Shown: positions 13,601 through 29,319, counted from the stretch's first letter. The stretch: 64,000 nt of DNA from Chrysomallon squamiferum (GCA_012295275.1 CM022665.1:12524001-12588000), one strand, 5' to 3'. Made by a program: numbers and translations. The notes: generated by a model not told the origin, from the sequence alone.

Positions 13601-15249
13601 GTGTATTTTTCTCTCTGTACAGCTGTGGATCATATGAGTGTCTGTGTTTACTACTGAAAAAAGGTGCTGCAGTAAATATTCAAGATGTTTCAGGATGTAC
13701 GCCATTGCACTTAGCTGCACGAAATGGGTATTTAGTAAACCATTTTTAGTATCTTTATAACATTTGTAGCATGGAAAAAAAATGTTAAACCTTTTTTTTT
13801 TTCTCACTGTAGCCTTTCATCCTTAAACAAATTATTATTATAAAAAATCTGTTAGGACAATGAAAAATGTAAAATTAATTCTGTAATTTTGATTACAGAA
13901 ACAAAAATCTGTTTGAATGGAATAGTTTTATACTATAAAAAACCCACAATGTTATTATTATTGTAGTTTTTATTTATATCTAGTTCAGTAAATACTATTT
14001 AAATATGACTTCTGGTGTAGTTATGATATAATTTTATAAAATAATTGTTTAATTTGCAACAAATTTGAAAATATTCATATTGGTAAATCTTTTTCAGATC
14101 TTTATTTCTTTTTTTATTTTATTTTTATTTTTTCACACTCAGGTGTTCCTTAATGTTTTTTTTTTTTTTTTTACTATTATATATTTTAAAAAGTTTTTAA
14201 TATGTTGTCAGTTTCCAATAACCATGAAATTATTTTAAATATTTCTGAGAATTTTTTTTTTCTTTATATATGTTCAAATGTCTTTATTTATTAACTGTAA
14301 AAATTTAATTGTTAATTTTAGTTTTAATGTTCTATGTTTACAGTGATCATGATAAGCATTATTTACTCTACTTACTTATGTCTATACATTTTATTAAAAT
14401 TATTTTTTAATATTTGTTTATTTATTTATTTTTCTTGGTAGACATTTGAAATGTTTAAACAAACTTCTGGAATCAAAATCGGATACCAACATTCGAAACA
14501 ATGAAGGATTGACAGCTGTATGTAACTTACTCTTTTTATTTATCACAACATAATCTTTTACTTATTTATCCATACATATTTTGAAATGAAAGAAATCATC
14601 TGCTCTATTGTGTTAAAGAAAAGTTATTTCAAGGGAGTAAATTACTTCTTAACTGAAAATGTAACGAGAGAGAGAGAGAGATAATATGAGAATGAAGTTT
14701 AACAACTGCCCAACTTGGCTGAGTTTTTCCCTTTTCTGATAATACTGAAATATTAACCTTTGTTCATAAAAAAGTAAACCAAATATACAACAATGCTGAA
14801 TATTTTCCTTTATTAGTGATATTAAAAAATCACCATTTTCTAATAATAAAGGTAGCAATTAAGTTGTAATTAATTTGCTTGCCTGAGGATGTGCCCCATC
14901 TTTGCTTTGATTTATTTAGTATGTCAATCTATGTATTTACTTAATCATTTATAACAATATTCATTTCATCATGAGTATTTATTTTCTGAAAAGATTCACT
15001 GGTTGGCTGTTAATGGCAGAACTGAGCTGCTGCAAGCTCTTTTTCAACATGTGAAAGAGGTTGATATTGAGGTAAATTACACAAAGAAATGTTTTTATTC
15101 AGTATATTAATTTGATATATTAGATATATTAATATATTAATTCAGTTATATTAGAATAATATTTTAATTTTTATTTTAATAATATCAGGTAAGGCAAAAT
15201 TAAACATGTTCATACATTTTCCAAAACAAAAAACAGACTCAAATATATT

Positions 15250-15289
<40 letters not shown>

Positions 15290-18200
15290 TTCATTTATTA
15301 TTATTATTATTATTTTCATTTTTCTTTTCGTTTTCATTTTCATTTTTAAATGTCTTTCTAACAAATGCCATACTAAATATTTTTGTATATTGTTTTTTTA
15401 GGATTCTCAAGGACAAACTGCTTTGCATGTTGCATGTCAGAATGGTCATAAATCTGTAAGCATTTATATTTTGTAAATCTTCACTCTTTGGTTTACAGTT
15501 GTTCTTTCAAATAATAATTATATCTAATTGTGTCATCACCATTATTTTTTTTATGTAGAAGTAAGTTTTATGATTTTAAATTACATTATTAAGACAAGAA
15601 ATGCATTTGTCTAATGCATGGATATATATATGCTTGTAGGCTTGCATTTATATTTTATGTTCAACAAAAATATAAGTAAAATTAGAATGTACATCATTTG
15701 TATTCAAAAGTATATCAACAGCAGTCATTCCATGTTAACTGTTTTCTTTTGTTTTTGTATCAAGATAATTGTTATTTTAATTATTACAGGTTGTTATAAA
15801 ATATAATGCATTTCAGACACTGCTGTGCCTTATAGAAAATGGAGCATCAGTAAACAGGACAAATCATAATGGCTGGACTGCTTTGCATTTTGCATGCAGG
15901 TTAGTATCTGAGGCTCCTCCATTTTATTTATGAAAGTTTGTTCTGTGGTTTTGCCTTACTTCTTCTTTTATTCTAACATCAGTTTATTTATATTTATTCA
16001 AAGATATCCCAGTTCATTTTAGTAAGTTTCCTTATTGGGTTTTTTTTGTTTTTTTTTGATACATAACATTTTGTGAGAGAGTGATTCTTGTTTTTCAGTT
16101 CTGGGTAATTTGTAAACTGTATTATTTATATGTATCTATGAATTTTATTTATCTTTTAATTAAATATTGTTATTTGTTTGTTATTTATTTATTTATTTAT
16201 TTAATAAAACTTTTTATACTTCTAAATTTCCAGTCATGGCCAACACAATGCTGCTTCCATCCTCTTACAAAGACAGGCACAGATAACTGCTGAACATTTT
16301 GGAAAAACACCTTTGGATCTGAGTGCAGAGGTAAACATAATTTAATCAGATATTTTCTGATAATCACTGAAAACATTATCAAATACAGAATCTGAAGATA
16401 TTGCTGTAATAAAAATAAACATGTTTTTTTATTTAAAATAGATAAATATTTTTATTTTGATACTTAGATACTTTAGTATGATTTTAGCACTGTATTTGTT
16501 TGTATTTTATATATAATTATTTGTATATCTTGATATATGTATATTTGTATGTGTGGACATATTTGTACATTTTTGAATTTTAAACTTTATGTTATATCAT
16601 ACTTATTTGATTGTGTGTCAGTGTATATTTATATGAATGTATGCATACATTTATAGTATAATATATGTTATTTTATATATGTCTCTACATAAATGAATAC
16701 TTTATTTATTTTTCAGGGTGGATATGGTGAAACCTGTGAAGTATTGCTACAGTTTCATCCTAAATTACTGACAGCTTTGTTACAGTGTGTTCAGAAACCT
16801 TACATATCAGAGGAATGTGTAAGTAATTATTTTTGTTTAAAATATTGTTTTAATAGCATATTAAAATAAATATCACAGATTAAACTCATATAATAAAAGA
16901 AAAAATTTAATTGTAGAACTATTTGAAATTTTATTTATGAATTAATAAATTTTGACAAAAACAGGAGAACATAATTACTGGATATATCTAAAGAACAGAT
17001 TAAAAAAAAAAAAAAAAAAAAGATATTAATTATCTTTTTCTTCTTTTTTAATTTAATTCTATTTTGTTTATTTTCTCCTTTTTTTTTAAGCTCTTGAAAG
17101 TTTTGAGCTATCTTTCCAAAGAAGATAAATCAATGAAAGACCGAATTTTACCTGGATTAGCAGAACAGGCATCACTTCTGGGTCACAGAATTCTCAGGTA
17201 ACTATGGAAACCTATACTTGCACAGTAGTATTCTGCACCATTATATATATTTCTTCAAATATTCTTGACATATTAATTATTATATGATCAAACTTTGTGC
17301 TATTTCCCCAGATGTTTTAACCATTGTGTGCATATGATAATTACATTTTATTTATTATTTATTCCAGTGTTTCAGGTGATGGAGAGAGAGACGTGAACAG
17401 TTTACTCAAGTGTGTAAACATCATGCAAAATCTCACCTCACAAAAACACTCGCAGTCCGTGAACAAACTCACAGAATCAGTCCGACAAAAGTCTGAATCT
17501 CAGGAATCTAGCACCTCAAGAACTGAGCATTCATCCCAGTTTCAGGTAACTGACGAAAACAGATATATTAAAAAAATGAAAAAGTAATTATTATGATAAA
17601 TATGTTTTAAAAAACTTAAGAGAAAGATCTGATATACTTACATAATAACATGAAAACTAAGGATCAGAATTTTGATGAATACTGTTTGGTATTTCCTAAG
17701 AGGATAGTAGACTGCCATATAGGATTAGAGAAATCTTATTTGTTAATTTATTGCATCTGTCAGCAACAAGAACATTAAATTTCATTAAAATGTTACTTTG
17801 TTTGACTTAGACTACAATTAACTAAGAAAAGAGTATGATAAATGAATCAAGAAAAGGTGCTGACATCAAAAACAAACAAATTTGTAAGGACCTTTCTATG
17901 TATTTTTATATAAATAAAATGTAGGGCAGTCTTTAATGCATTAGATGGAATACAAAATAGTTATTAAGGACATTCACTAAAATTACTTTTTAATATTTAT
18001 TTTATTTTTTTAATTGCTTAGGTTTTTTTCTTTTCATTAAAATAATGAAGATAATACAGAGGTTTAGGTTTTATTGTTACAATCCACTTTATTTTTAATA
18101 AATTTAATAAAGTTAATTAATTAATAAAGATTATCTCATTTTAAATTTTTTTTTTTTTTTAAAAGAGAGAGAAGAAGGAGAAGATAATCATATATTTGTC

Positions 18201-21200
18201 TTTATAGCCATTAGAAACTCTGTGGCAGCTTTTAGAAGACTGGTTACAACTTTTATACCATGAAATGGAAAAACAACAAATCTCATCTCCATACAAGCAC
18301 AGTCCCCAGATACCAACCACAACTGAAAACCAAGATCTTATAACAACACCAAGGAAACCAGAAATTCTTGAAAGCATTTCTGATCAAATAGCCAATGTTT
18401 CTTTAAGCGAGAACACAGTCACATATGAATCGGGTAGCAAAACTCCAGCAGAAGACTCATCCAGGAATCTGACACTAAAAATACCTGAAGTGTTACCAAG
18501 TACTTCTCAAGAAATTTCTGGTAGTTCTTCAAGTGAAATGTCATCAGACAGCAGTGAAAATCAGGCAGAAACATTTGCCAATAGTGCCCGTGCACCAGAG
18601 GAAAGAAAATCGGGACTGTTTCCTTGCGCATCAAAAAAATTTATGGATATTGTCCCAAATGACAAACAAGAGCACAGCTCCGAGATCTATGAGAGTGGTG
18701 AAAGTTTGCAGGCTTCAGTGAATCGAGGAATTTCTTTATATCCACTGCAAGAATTTCCTGATATTACGTTCATGTGTGAAGATGTAGATACTGATAAAAG
18801 CAAAAAAGCTGCAGGCCCTCCAGCCAGTAAGATGTTGAGTGGAACTCTGGAGTCAGTAATCAGAGATCGGGATATTGTGACAGCAGTATTTCCCAGAATC
18901 TGTGCCTTGGTTCAAGCATTCTACATCTGTAGTTGTTCAAACACTTCAGGCATTTTACCTTGGTAATTAATTTTTATTACATTTGATCTACTGGGATTTT
19001 ATGTTCTTTCTACTGTTACCTTTTTATTTTTTCTAATTGTGTTTTGTTGTGTGTTTTGTTTTGTGTGGGGTTTTTTCTCTTCTTTCCATTTATTATTTTT
19101 TATTTTACTTTTTTTTTTATATATATATTTCTGCATATTTTTATTTTTATTTTATTTTATTTATTTTTTTCTGAAGCTTGGGTAACAAATTACAATTGCA
19201 TGCTTTGTTTCAAAATTAATCAAATATTAAAGGTTTCAACCAGGTTATGGATAAACACATTTTAAGATCATTAAGTTTAGTATTTGTTTTACATCATCAT
19301 TGTCATCACCATCATTACAATTTATGCTTGATAATTTCACAATTGAAAATATTTATTTTTAAAATACATTTCTGGTTTTTCCGCATTAAGTTTCATAATA
19401 AACAAAAAAGGTAAAAACTTTGGTTTTATTTTTTATTATTTGTTCTTGTAATTCATTCTAAATTTTATATTTACTTTTTCAGTTCTCAAACAAGGGAAAA
19501 CAAAGAATTTGAGAGTTTTGTCCTTCGACATCTGCCTGTTTTGAGGCTGCTGGTTGCTAGGTGAGAAGCCATCTTAAACAATACAGAATTATAAATTTTA
19601 GATTCAGAATATAGTTCAAGATTATATTTTATTAACAGATAATTACTGCATTAAGTTGGGAATTTAATGTTAATTATTTATTTCTAATTATTATTAAAAT
19701 ATTAATATTTATTTGTCCTTTTTAAAGAATTAATAATGCTAAATATTTGTTTCTTCCGTTTCTAGGGAGCCAAAATTGATTTTCCGACACTTTAATTTTT
19801 TGCTTGACTGCAGCATGCTTATGCCACATTTCCTACCTGTTATAAGGTTACAGGTAAGTTATCTTTTTTGATATGATTAAAAAACACCAGATGTAAATTG
19901 CCTGTTATGATATTAATGTTCTTTTTGTGCCATTATAATAGGTCAGTCAGTTATTACACTGTTATGAACTTTAAATATATATATATAATACCCTAATTAT
20001 GATAATAATATAAAAAAATTATATATATATATATAATTTCTCTAATCAAACAAAGTAATCTTAAATAATAAAGCAATTATAATATACAAGTTTTGTAAAT
20101 ATATATATTTATTTATTTATACACATTTATATCTAATAAATGTTTATTTTAAAGCATAACCTTTAGAGTCATAACACATAACAAATTATAATCTTAAGCA
20201 GTTTGCTAATAATTACAGGTATGAACTTAATCCCTTTTAATAAAAATTTTGACTTTTTTTACAAATATTTTTTGTTGTATCTCATTTCCAGTCATTTGGC
20301 TTAAGAAGACAGTGGTTTTATGACAATCTGAGACCAGATGCTGATGATGATTCAATTCCAAACATGCAAGATGTAAATCTGATAACTGTCAACAGGGGTG
20401 AATGTTTTTATCTTGTTTTTTTTGTGTTTTTTGTTGTTGTTGTGGGTTTTTTAATTATTTTGTTTTTGTTTTTGTTGTTGTTGTTGTTGTTGTTTTAATA
20501 GAGTAAAAAAAATACTTCATTAAAACACTGGTACAAGATATAAAAATGTGGTAATAGAATTTATGCTTTTTATATTATCAGGTAGTATTAAGTAAATGAT
20601 TAAAGCACATTAATATGTTTTAATATCAAAGAATTATTCATTTATCTATCAATCATCATGATAATTATACTTTTTACATTACTGTTAACTTAACTGAATG
20701 ACTGAATTTTTGTAGACATCTTAAGAAATTTTATTTTATCAAACAAATGTTATCCATCAATGACAATTATGCTTTTTAATGTTGGTATTAATTAAATGAC
20801 TGAATTTTTAAAGACATCTTTAGCTGATTTAATTTATTAAACAATTATCTATCAGAGATAATTTAGCTTTTCATTGAATGTTTAAAGACACACTGATGTT
20901 TTAATATGAAACAGTCACTTATTATTTGTCAATGTCCATGAAACCTTTTGCTGTCACTTAACTTGTTCCTTCACTTACCAGTTAGACATAGTTAAAAATT
21001 TACTAATTAATATATGGAAGCTATAACACTGACATATTGTGTAGAATAGCACAGGAAAGGGTAGATGTATGGAGAGAAAATAATATTTTAAATACATCTT
21101 TGAGAGACAGACAACCACATATTTTTACTATCAGTGGAGCACTTGTTGGAATGGAAAATAGACTCACTGGAGAATTAAGGAGGATTGGTAATACAGCCTG

Positions 21201-24200
21201 TTATGGCTCATGCCAGTGATCTACACTGGGCAACAGCCCAAGCTATATATCATCTTAAGACATTTTTATTATTTAAAAAACCTATATATAAAATGCACAA
21301 TGTTTCTGATTATTTGTTGTTTTTTTGTGTATTTTTGCATGAGAAAACAAGGGGCTTTTTCTGATTGTACAATCCACCTTTGGGTACTTTCCTCAACAAA
21401 ATATATGAAAGTGTGGGGTAAAAGTTAATGTCATTGTTTTTGGCAAAGATGATTGATATCCCAGTGAAATAACCAATGTTTTAGACAAGTGTGACTGAAG
21501 TCCTTTTGAGAGAGAAGAAATAAAAGTGAAATAAACTGACTTAGAAGATAGAAAATGAAAAAATCTATAAAATATTTCATTCTGACATTCTGCAGGCTGA
21601 AACTGAAAATAGCTGCTTGTGTATTTGGCTGGGATTTCTTGTGCAGTATCACATTTATGACAAAAACAATAATAAATTACTGTTAATTGAAGATATATCT
21701 TATAAAAACAAATTTAAAAGTTTTAATCTTTCTTTGTGTTTCTCTGATCTAGAAAAATTATTCCAAACCAGCTGCAAGGAAGTGTTGAAAAAAAAACCAT
21801 CAGTGCTAAAACAAGGACTGCTTATTCACTTTGATGGGGAAGAAGGAATGGTAATTCATTATTTTAATCACTGCTTATTCAGTTTTGATGTTGAATAGAG
21901 AATACAGTAATAAAATGTATTATATTAATTAAACTGTTTGGTAATTTAAATTAAAATTTTAATCACTGCTTAACAAAGAAACTTGAATGAAATTCATTGT
22001 TCAATTCACTCATTGTTTAATTTGTTTTATTCATCATTTTAGTTTTAATGAGAAATGAACAAATTTTATAAATACTTTTTAAAAATCTAATAGGAAATTT
22101 TTTGGGGGGGTTAAATAAAAAAAACTTTTTTATTATAAATAATATTTAAAAAAATAATAATAATAATAAAATGCCATCAGTAAAATATGAAACAAAGTAG
22201 AGAAGTAATAAATGTTCTTTATGAAAAGCATGTAAATTATATAACAAAAGTGAGCTTTAATATCTGAATCACAAATTAAAAGAAAAAATATTAATAATTA
22301 TTAAATAATATTATTTTTAAAATTATTTTCTGTTTGCAGGGTCATGGAGTTGTCAGAGAATGGTTTGATATTTTGTCAAAGGAAATTCTCAATCCAGATT
22401 ATGCTCTGTTTACACAATCAGCAGATGGTATGTTGTGTCTTTTCTTTCTTTTTTTCTTTCTTTTTATATCTATATATATTAATACTGATGTCTGTAAATT
22501 TATTATATTTTCAATAGATAATAATTCATTTTTGGTAATAGAGACATTTCAAACATAAAATATTTCATTTTGTGGCTATTTTGTGTTTTTAATTTTTATT
22601 AGTATTTTTTAATCTTATGATGGTTTACTTGTTTTTATTGTTGTTTTGTTTTCTGTTGTTTTATTGTTTTTATAAAATGAGATATATTGTAGTTAACATT
22701 TCTGGGGGTTTTTTAGGGGTTTTTTTGTTTGTTTTTTTAATATTTATTTTATTTCTTCTTTTTTTTGTTATTATTATCATCTTTTCTTTTTTTCTGTTTT
22801 TTATTTTATTTAAGTCACATATTTTTATGCTTCACAATTCTTTCTTTCAGGTTGTACTTTCCAGCCAAACAGTAATTCATTCATTAATCCTGACCATCTG
22901 AGTTATTTCCGCTTTGCTGGACAAGCTTTAGGATTAGCCATTTATCACAAACAGATCCTAAGTGTCTACTTTACAAGATCTTTCTACAAACATATTCTAG
23001 GTAATATACCAGGATTGTCTATAAAAATATCATAAGTAATATAACTTACTATTTGTTGGGTATATTTGTGTGTGTATGTGTGTACTATAAATTGATGGGT
23101 GTTTATGACTAATAAATATTACTAAATTTTCTGTAAAAGTATCATACCTGTTATCTTTTATAAATTGATATTTATTGTGTTTCATGTGTGTTTACTAATC
23201 AAACTTTGCTAATAATAAAGCATGATAATAAATAATATCTTCTAAACAGATACCAAGGCCATCAGTTTTTCTTTATTTTTTGTGTTCTTTTGACATGTTA
23301 TTATAACAAAAGGTTTTCTCTTTCATTCTGTCTTTGCAAAAATTGATATTTTATTTAAATTTTCAGGTATTCCAGTTAACTATACGGATGTTGCCTCAAT
23401 TGATCCTGAATATGCCAAAAATCTTCAGGTTAGAAAAACCTTTATATATTTTTTTGTTTTATTTATTTATTTATTTATTATTATTCCTGAAATCCTTACA
23501 TCTATTCAAAATGTATCAAAATATGATGGATTATAGTATTTGATAGTCTTGCTCTGATTAATAGCTGATAAATTGTTTTTGTCAGTAGAAAAACATTCAT
23601 AAATCTGATAATGTATTGCTTTAAGAACTTCAACAAAATTTGTATATTATAATTGCTTTATTAATTAAGATTACTTTGTTTGATTAGTGAAATCTTCTTG
23701 TTTATTATAAAATTATTAATATTGCAAAGATATATAAATCTCAATTCTGTGCTTTATGTCACATTTCTGTTTTAATTTCACTACTCTCTTCGTAGTGGAT
23801 TCTTGACCATGACATCAGCGAACTTGGCCTTGACCTGACCTTTTCTGTAGAGACTGATGTGTTTGGAGCCATGCAGGAGGTTGATCTGAAACAAAATGGA
23901 AGACAGATTGCAGTCACTGAAGAAAATAAAGTTTGTTTAAGTCTTACAACTTAATAATAAGATTATTAATATATAATTATGTATGATACACATTTTAATA
24001 AAAACAGTTACTGTTTCTGTACATTTTTAATAAGTAAGTTTGAAAACACATTGTCACCGCAGCAGAGAATATGCTTTATATTAGCAACAAAGGATCTTTT
24101 ATATTCATTTCCTGATGGACATCTAAACCAGTATGAAAACCTTTGATATATCTGCTTTGGTATCTTTGTTAGAACTGGAAATAATAAAGTGGGCAGACTA

Positions 24201-24391
24201 AGGTGAACTGAACTATAAACCTTTGGGTTTTTTTAAATTATTCTTTAGACAGTTATTTTTAAAAACAATTCAAAACATATTAGAGAATCTCTTTGAAAAT
24301 TTGTACATTTTCATTTATTATATAAAAATTAATCTCTTCAAGATATTTATTATTTTGTTCATTCAATGTTATAACATAGCAGATTCATCAC

Positions 24392-24422
<31 letters not shown>

Positions 24423-27390
24423 CTTTTTAATTTTATGTACAATGAAGCTGATAATCATTCTTGTTTAAAGTTATTTTTAAAATTTTATACTGAGTTGGAA
24501 TAAAGTTAACAGCATTTTTTAAGTGAAATTCAAAAAAACATTATTTAGATATTTGCAGATGTTTTCAACCACACAAGTGCCATTTTGTTCACCTCTCTCA
24601 GAATAAACCTTTTTGCCATATATTTCAGTCACAGATGAAAGAAAATCATGTGCTCAAATGCCACTTATTGAGAAAATGCTACAAACTTTTGTTCCAACCC
24701 AGTATTTATATATTTTAATTTTCAGAAAGAGTATGTTCAGCTGGTGACAGAACTTCGTATGACTCAAGCTATTAAACCTCAAATTGAAAGTTTCTTGTCA
24801 GGATTTCATGAGTACATTCCACAAGGACTGGTTCAGTTATTTGATGAATATGAACTGGTAAATTTTCACATTCAACACTGTCAGATTTACACCTTGATAT
24901 TATATGATCAGATTGATTTACACTATTGATACTTCAATGAAAATGTATTAGTAATAATGTTTTTACTTTGGGGTGATTTTTATTATCACAAGTCATTTTT
25001 TTTTAAAAGGTATTTTGTTATAATATCAACCTGGATTAAAACAGTAAAAATGTACTAGTGCAACTGGAGATTTTTTGTAGCTAAGAAATATTTTTAATTT
25101 TATATTAGATGACTTTTACTAAAATTATTGATCATTTTTTGGGGGGGGTTGGAGGGGTCTTATTGTTCTTAAATCAGATTCTAATCATTTGTTTTAAATA
25201 TTCTTTTTAGTATAACTAATTTATTTTGAGAAATTTTTCTGAATAATTTGCTAAACAAATTGAAGAAAAATAATCAATTAAGATAATTAAGTTTTTATTT
25301 TTTATTGATCTCACTTAATTCCTTCTTTCAGTTGTTTATTTGTTCATTTCTTTGTATTCTTTATTTATTTACTAACTTACATGCTTACTTACTTATTTAT
25401 TTATTCAATCATTTATTTAATTAATTTTCTTACGTGCTTACTTATTTTATTTTTTATTTTATTTTATTTTATTTTTTTATTTGTAAGGAATTGTTGGTAT
25501 CAGGACTGCCAGAGATTGACATTGAAGACTGGAAAGCAAATGTGTCTTACACTGGTTACACAGAAACTTCTCAAGTAATTCAAGTAAGTCTTAACAATAT
25601 CTTTGTAAGCTAAAGATGCAATGAAACATTTGTCTGACAACACCTCTGTTCACTAATATTAATCATTTGTTTAAAATGTATGAAAAAGAAAACCCTCCAC
25701 CAGGATTCCATAGCCTTTTACAGATTAGCAGCAGGTAATTTTTGGTGTATGTATTATACACTAATTATGACCATAACATTTCCAAATCACTGGTGGAGCT
25801 GTTTGGATTGGGAAATTGGGCAAAGGCCTTGGAAACTAAAGAGATGCTTTTAACAAATAAATCACATTTTTCAAAAGTCTCTTTGTAATAAAATAATTTT
25901 TTGGTGAGGTTAAACATCTTTTCATCAGATAAACAAATAGAATTTTGCTACATGAAAAAAAGATGTACATGTATATATTTTAATTGCATTTCAACTATTT
26001 ATACATTTAAAATTAAATTGTTAAAAATAATTAAATTATCTAAAATAATTATGATATGTAACAGGAAATAGTGTAGAGTAAATGAAAGTTGTTCATTATG
26101 CATTGTTTTATTTCTAGTGGTTTTGGGAGACTGTTTCTGAGCTCAGCCAACAGGAAAAAGTCATGTTACTACAGTTTGTTACAGGAAGGTTAGTTATATA
26201 TGGAATGAATGGCTGAATCTTCATTAATCCCTGAAACCATTTTTACATTAATGGTTATTAGAGTATTTAAATTTCATAATTATTAGCATTAATATGAATG
26301 AAACAACCCTTCACTGCTAAAGCTACAACATGAAATAATTTTACCAGTTATTACAAAGGGTTTGTTTGTTTGTTTGTTTCTAAATTTTTGTGTGCTTTTT
26401 CCCACAAATAACATAGCTTTTACATCAGTCATTGAGCTCTGGCAGTAACATGAAATACCAGCGGTCCAAGGATGAAGTATCCTGTAGTCATTTGCTCCTT
26501 GACACTCATTATGAGAGGCACTGCTTTGATTTGACATTTATATTTTTAACTCTCAGCAGAAACAAAGGCAAAGATTTGTAATTTGTTTTATTGTTTCACT
26601 GATGAAAACAACATGATGCTGTTGGCTATTATAACTTTCTACAAACAACCAGTGTTGGAAATAATCAGATAATAATAATATTTATTTACTTTTTTTTTTT
26701 TTTTAATTCAGTTGTCATAATAGTATGAATTAATATATTTTGATTCAGAAATATGTATAGCTTATATTAGATTAAATGGAAAGAAAAGGTATTCAGTGCA
26801 TGGAAAGCAGACAAAATAAAATAAAATAAATAATTATATAATAATTATAATGATAAAAACTTATTCATTATTTAACTTTATTTTCAGTTCTCGAGTTCCT
26901 TATGGTGGCTTTTCCAATTTTAGTTCCAGTGGAGTTTCACATCCTTTCACCATCAGTAATGTTGGATTTAGCATTAATGCCCTGCCAACAGCAAGTACAT
27001 GGTATGTTTCCAAAATAAAAAATGTAAATCATGGAATTTTCTCTTGAAAAATATTTTAAATTAAGGGTTATTTTTTCAGAGAAATGACCACAGAAATAAT
27101 TCTGTAACTTATTTTATAATATAGTTTACAAAATCAAAAACTGATAAAAAGAAATCGAAAATGGAATCTTTTTTTTTTTTACTATTTTTTTAAAAATCCC
27201 ATGTGTAAGTATTGTTTGTTTTTATTAAAAAAATTAAATAATGATGTCTGTGTGATTTTTTTTTTTAAATTTACTTTTCTTTTTTAGCATTAATTTACTG
27301 AAGTTACCAGAATACCCCAGCAAAGCAGTTCTGCAGAAAAGGCTCACTATTGCTTTACAGTGTGGTAGTCAAGGTTATGGACTTGTTTGA
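10678..27390 (+). CDS. HACE1: E3 ubiquitin-protein ligase HACE1 (ankyrin repeats + HECT), 26 coding exons, about 1054 aa
   Basis: Exons: 10678-10741, 11243-11297, 11925-12014, 13623-13727, 14442-14517, 14994-15071, 15402-15455, 15817-15899, 16234-16330, 16717-16818, 17091-17197, 17368-17545, 18208-18962, 19483-19560, 19766-19853, 20292-20397, 21753-21850, 22340-22427, 22851-23000, 23367-23428, 23796-23930, 24726-24857, 25488-25583, 26118-26188, 26888-27001, 27288-27390. They sum to 3165 nt in frame. Motifs include [70 protein letters not shown] and [18 protein letters not shown]; the catalytic Cys codon is split TG|C by the last intron. Confidence 0.97.
20590..20915. repeat. Degenerate ~95-100 bp tandem repeat (about 3 units) in HACE1 intron 16
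   Basis: The unit tatc(t/c)atca..(g)ataatta..ctttt..aatgactgaattttt..agacatctt..aaaca recurs at ~20643, ~20750 and ~20846. Confidence 0.7.
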
Positions 27391-29319
27391 TAAATAAATA
27401 AAATGGCTTTAAGATTATGCTGTGATCTTAAGCAATTTTATAAAGTAATACAGAAAAATCAAAATCTGTTCTTTCCACGCAAACTATCTGACTACTGTTA
27501 AGTAAATTTATCATAATTAAAAAATTTCCAACATTTGGGAATTCTTTTATTCGCATTTTATTTTATGCATGTTATTGGTTTACGAACAAATGTGATGGCA
27601 TTTTAATATAAAATTGTTACACCCGTTACATTTGTGGATGTTAGAATTTATCTTTACTTATTTTTGGTTTGTTGTTGCTTTAAGAATACTGCTTCACACA
27701 TTTATCTGAACATATCACTGTTATTTTAATGATAAATTTTGATAGTTTTGTCAAGGTTCTTTGTTGTTGGAGGGGGGGTTCGTAGTTTTTTCTCTTACTA
27801 AATAAAATGATAAATCTGTGATTCCCAGAATAAAAATAAATATTTTTAATTTAAATTTTCGATTTGGCATTAAGTAGCCATTTGGCATGACTGGATTACT
27901 CAGACAAAATGCAAAATGACCAGACAGATGTTACTTAAATAAAATCAACATTTGCTTACTCACACTTCATTATGATTGATTATTATCATTTTCTTCATTT
28001 TGATTAACTGTTGCTGAATGTGATCTACCATCTGCTGACAGATACATCCTCTGTTCCTTGTTCGGGTTATCAAAGTTGGCATTTGTGTTCAAAACAGACT
28101 GACTGACATTTTAGACATAATATTCTTTACTTATGAATATTTATTCATGAGCAAAACAAGAATATTTCAGCATAATATATTTTACTTATTGATCTTTAAT
28201 TCTTTGTTGATTTTAAATAATTTAATTGTTATGCCATAATATTAAATATAATGTAATATACTTTTAATCTGGATAAATCATCTTGTTAAATAAAAAATAT
28301 ATATATAAGAAATGAATGTTGAAAGATTTGTTAAAATGCAATAAGAGTGATTATTAGATTAAAAACAATATTTGACACAATTATTGTTTCTTCATTTTAT
28401 TTTTTTTATTTTTTATTTGTATTTTTTTAGCACAGTATTAACCCATAAACTGTTCTTTTAACATATATAATCAGTAATTTTTAATTTATTTTATATATTA
28501 TTAAACTACATTTTCTGGCTTACATAAATTGCTTGTCTTACTTCTAAATAGAATTATTCTTTTTTTTTTTTTTATCTGTTACTCTCCCTTAAATTATTTT
28601 TATTTATAATCAGAATTCATAATTATGATTGACTTTCTTCTTCTTTTTTTTTTTGGTTCTTATTTTTATTTTGTTGGGGTATGGATACAGCAGCATTAAA
28701 TCAAAGCTATGCATTCATGAATAAATTTTCTGTTTCTAAAAAAACAAAAACAATATGCATATATGTGTATATTTACAAAATATCACAACAGTGATTGCTT
28801 CTTCACACAGGGTTAGTAATTACTTGTTCATGCACTGTCAAATGTGCTAAACCTGACTGCCTGTCCACCATCCTGTAATTAATGATGCATCAATATCTGA
28901 ATCGCAATATATTTACTTTGCTATTTTATTTTTTATATATTATGTTTTAAAAGGCATCGGTTTCTTAAAGCTTCGAATTTTTGGGTTGTCAGTTTTTTGT
29001 TTGGTCACTACGTTATTAGTTGTTTATTTTTAATACAAATTAATAGACACAAACTGGCTGATTCAGATCTATTTTAAATTCATTGATCTCTATTATTCAT
29101 GCCTATAATAAAACAATATATTCTGTATGTGTAAATCAAAATAAAATTTAAAAGGTCCTGTAACTTGTTTTATTGAATTTTGATCTGTACCAGTTATATT
29201 TTATTTTAATTGTTATAAGAATGTTGTTTAATTATTTTTAATAAATTTATATTTATTTATTTTTTTAAATAAATGGTTGGATTTAATTGCTGTTTGTTAT
29301 TTATTTTTATTTCATATTC

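Noticed and set aside
18949-18952. GC-AG donor (tcag|gcattt) ending HACE1 exon 13
   Set aside because: The phase does not match the next exon; the GT at 18963 gives the correct frame.
21037-21219. 60-aa ORF as an extra HACE1 exon
   Set aside because: It overlaps a decayed SINE-like copy, and the flanking exons already join in frame (TVNR-E-KLF).
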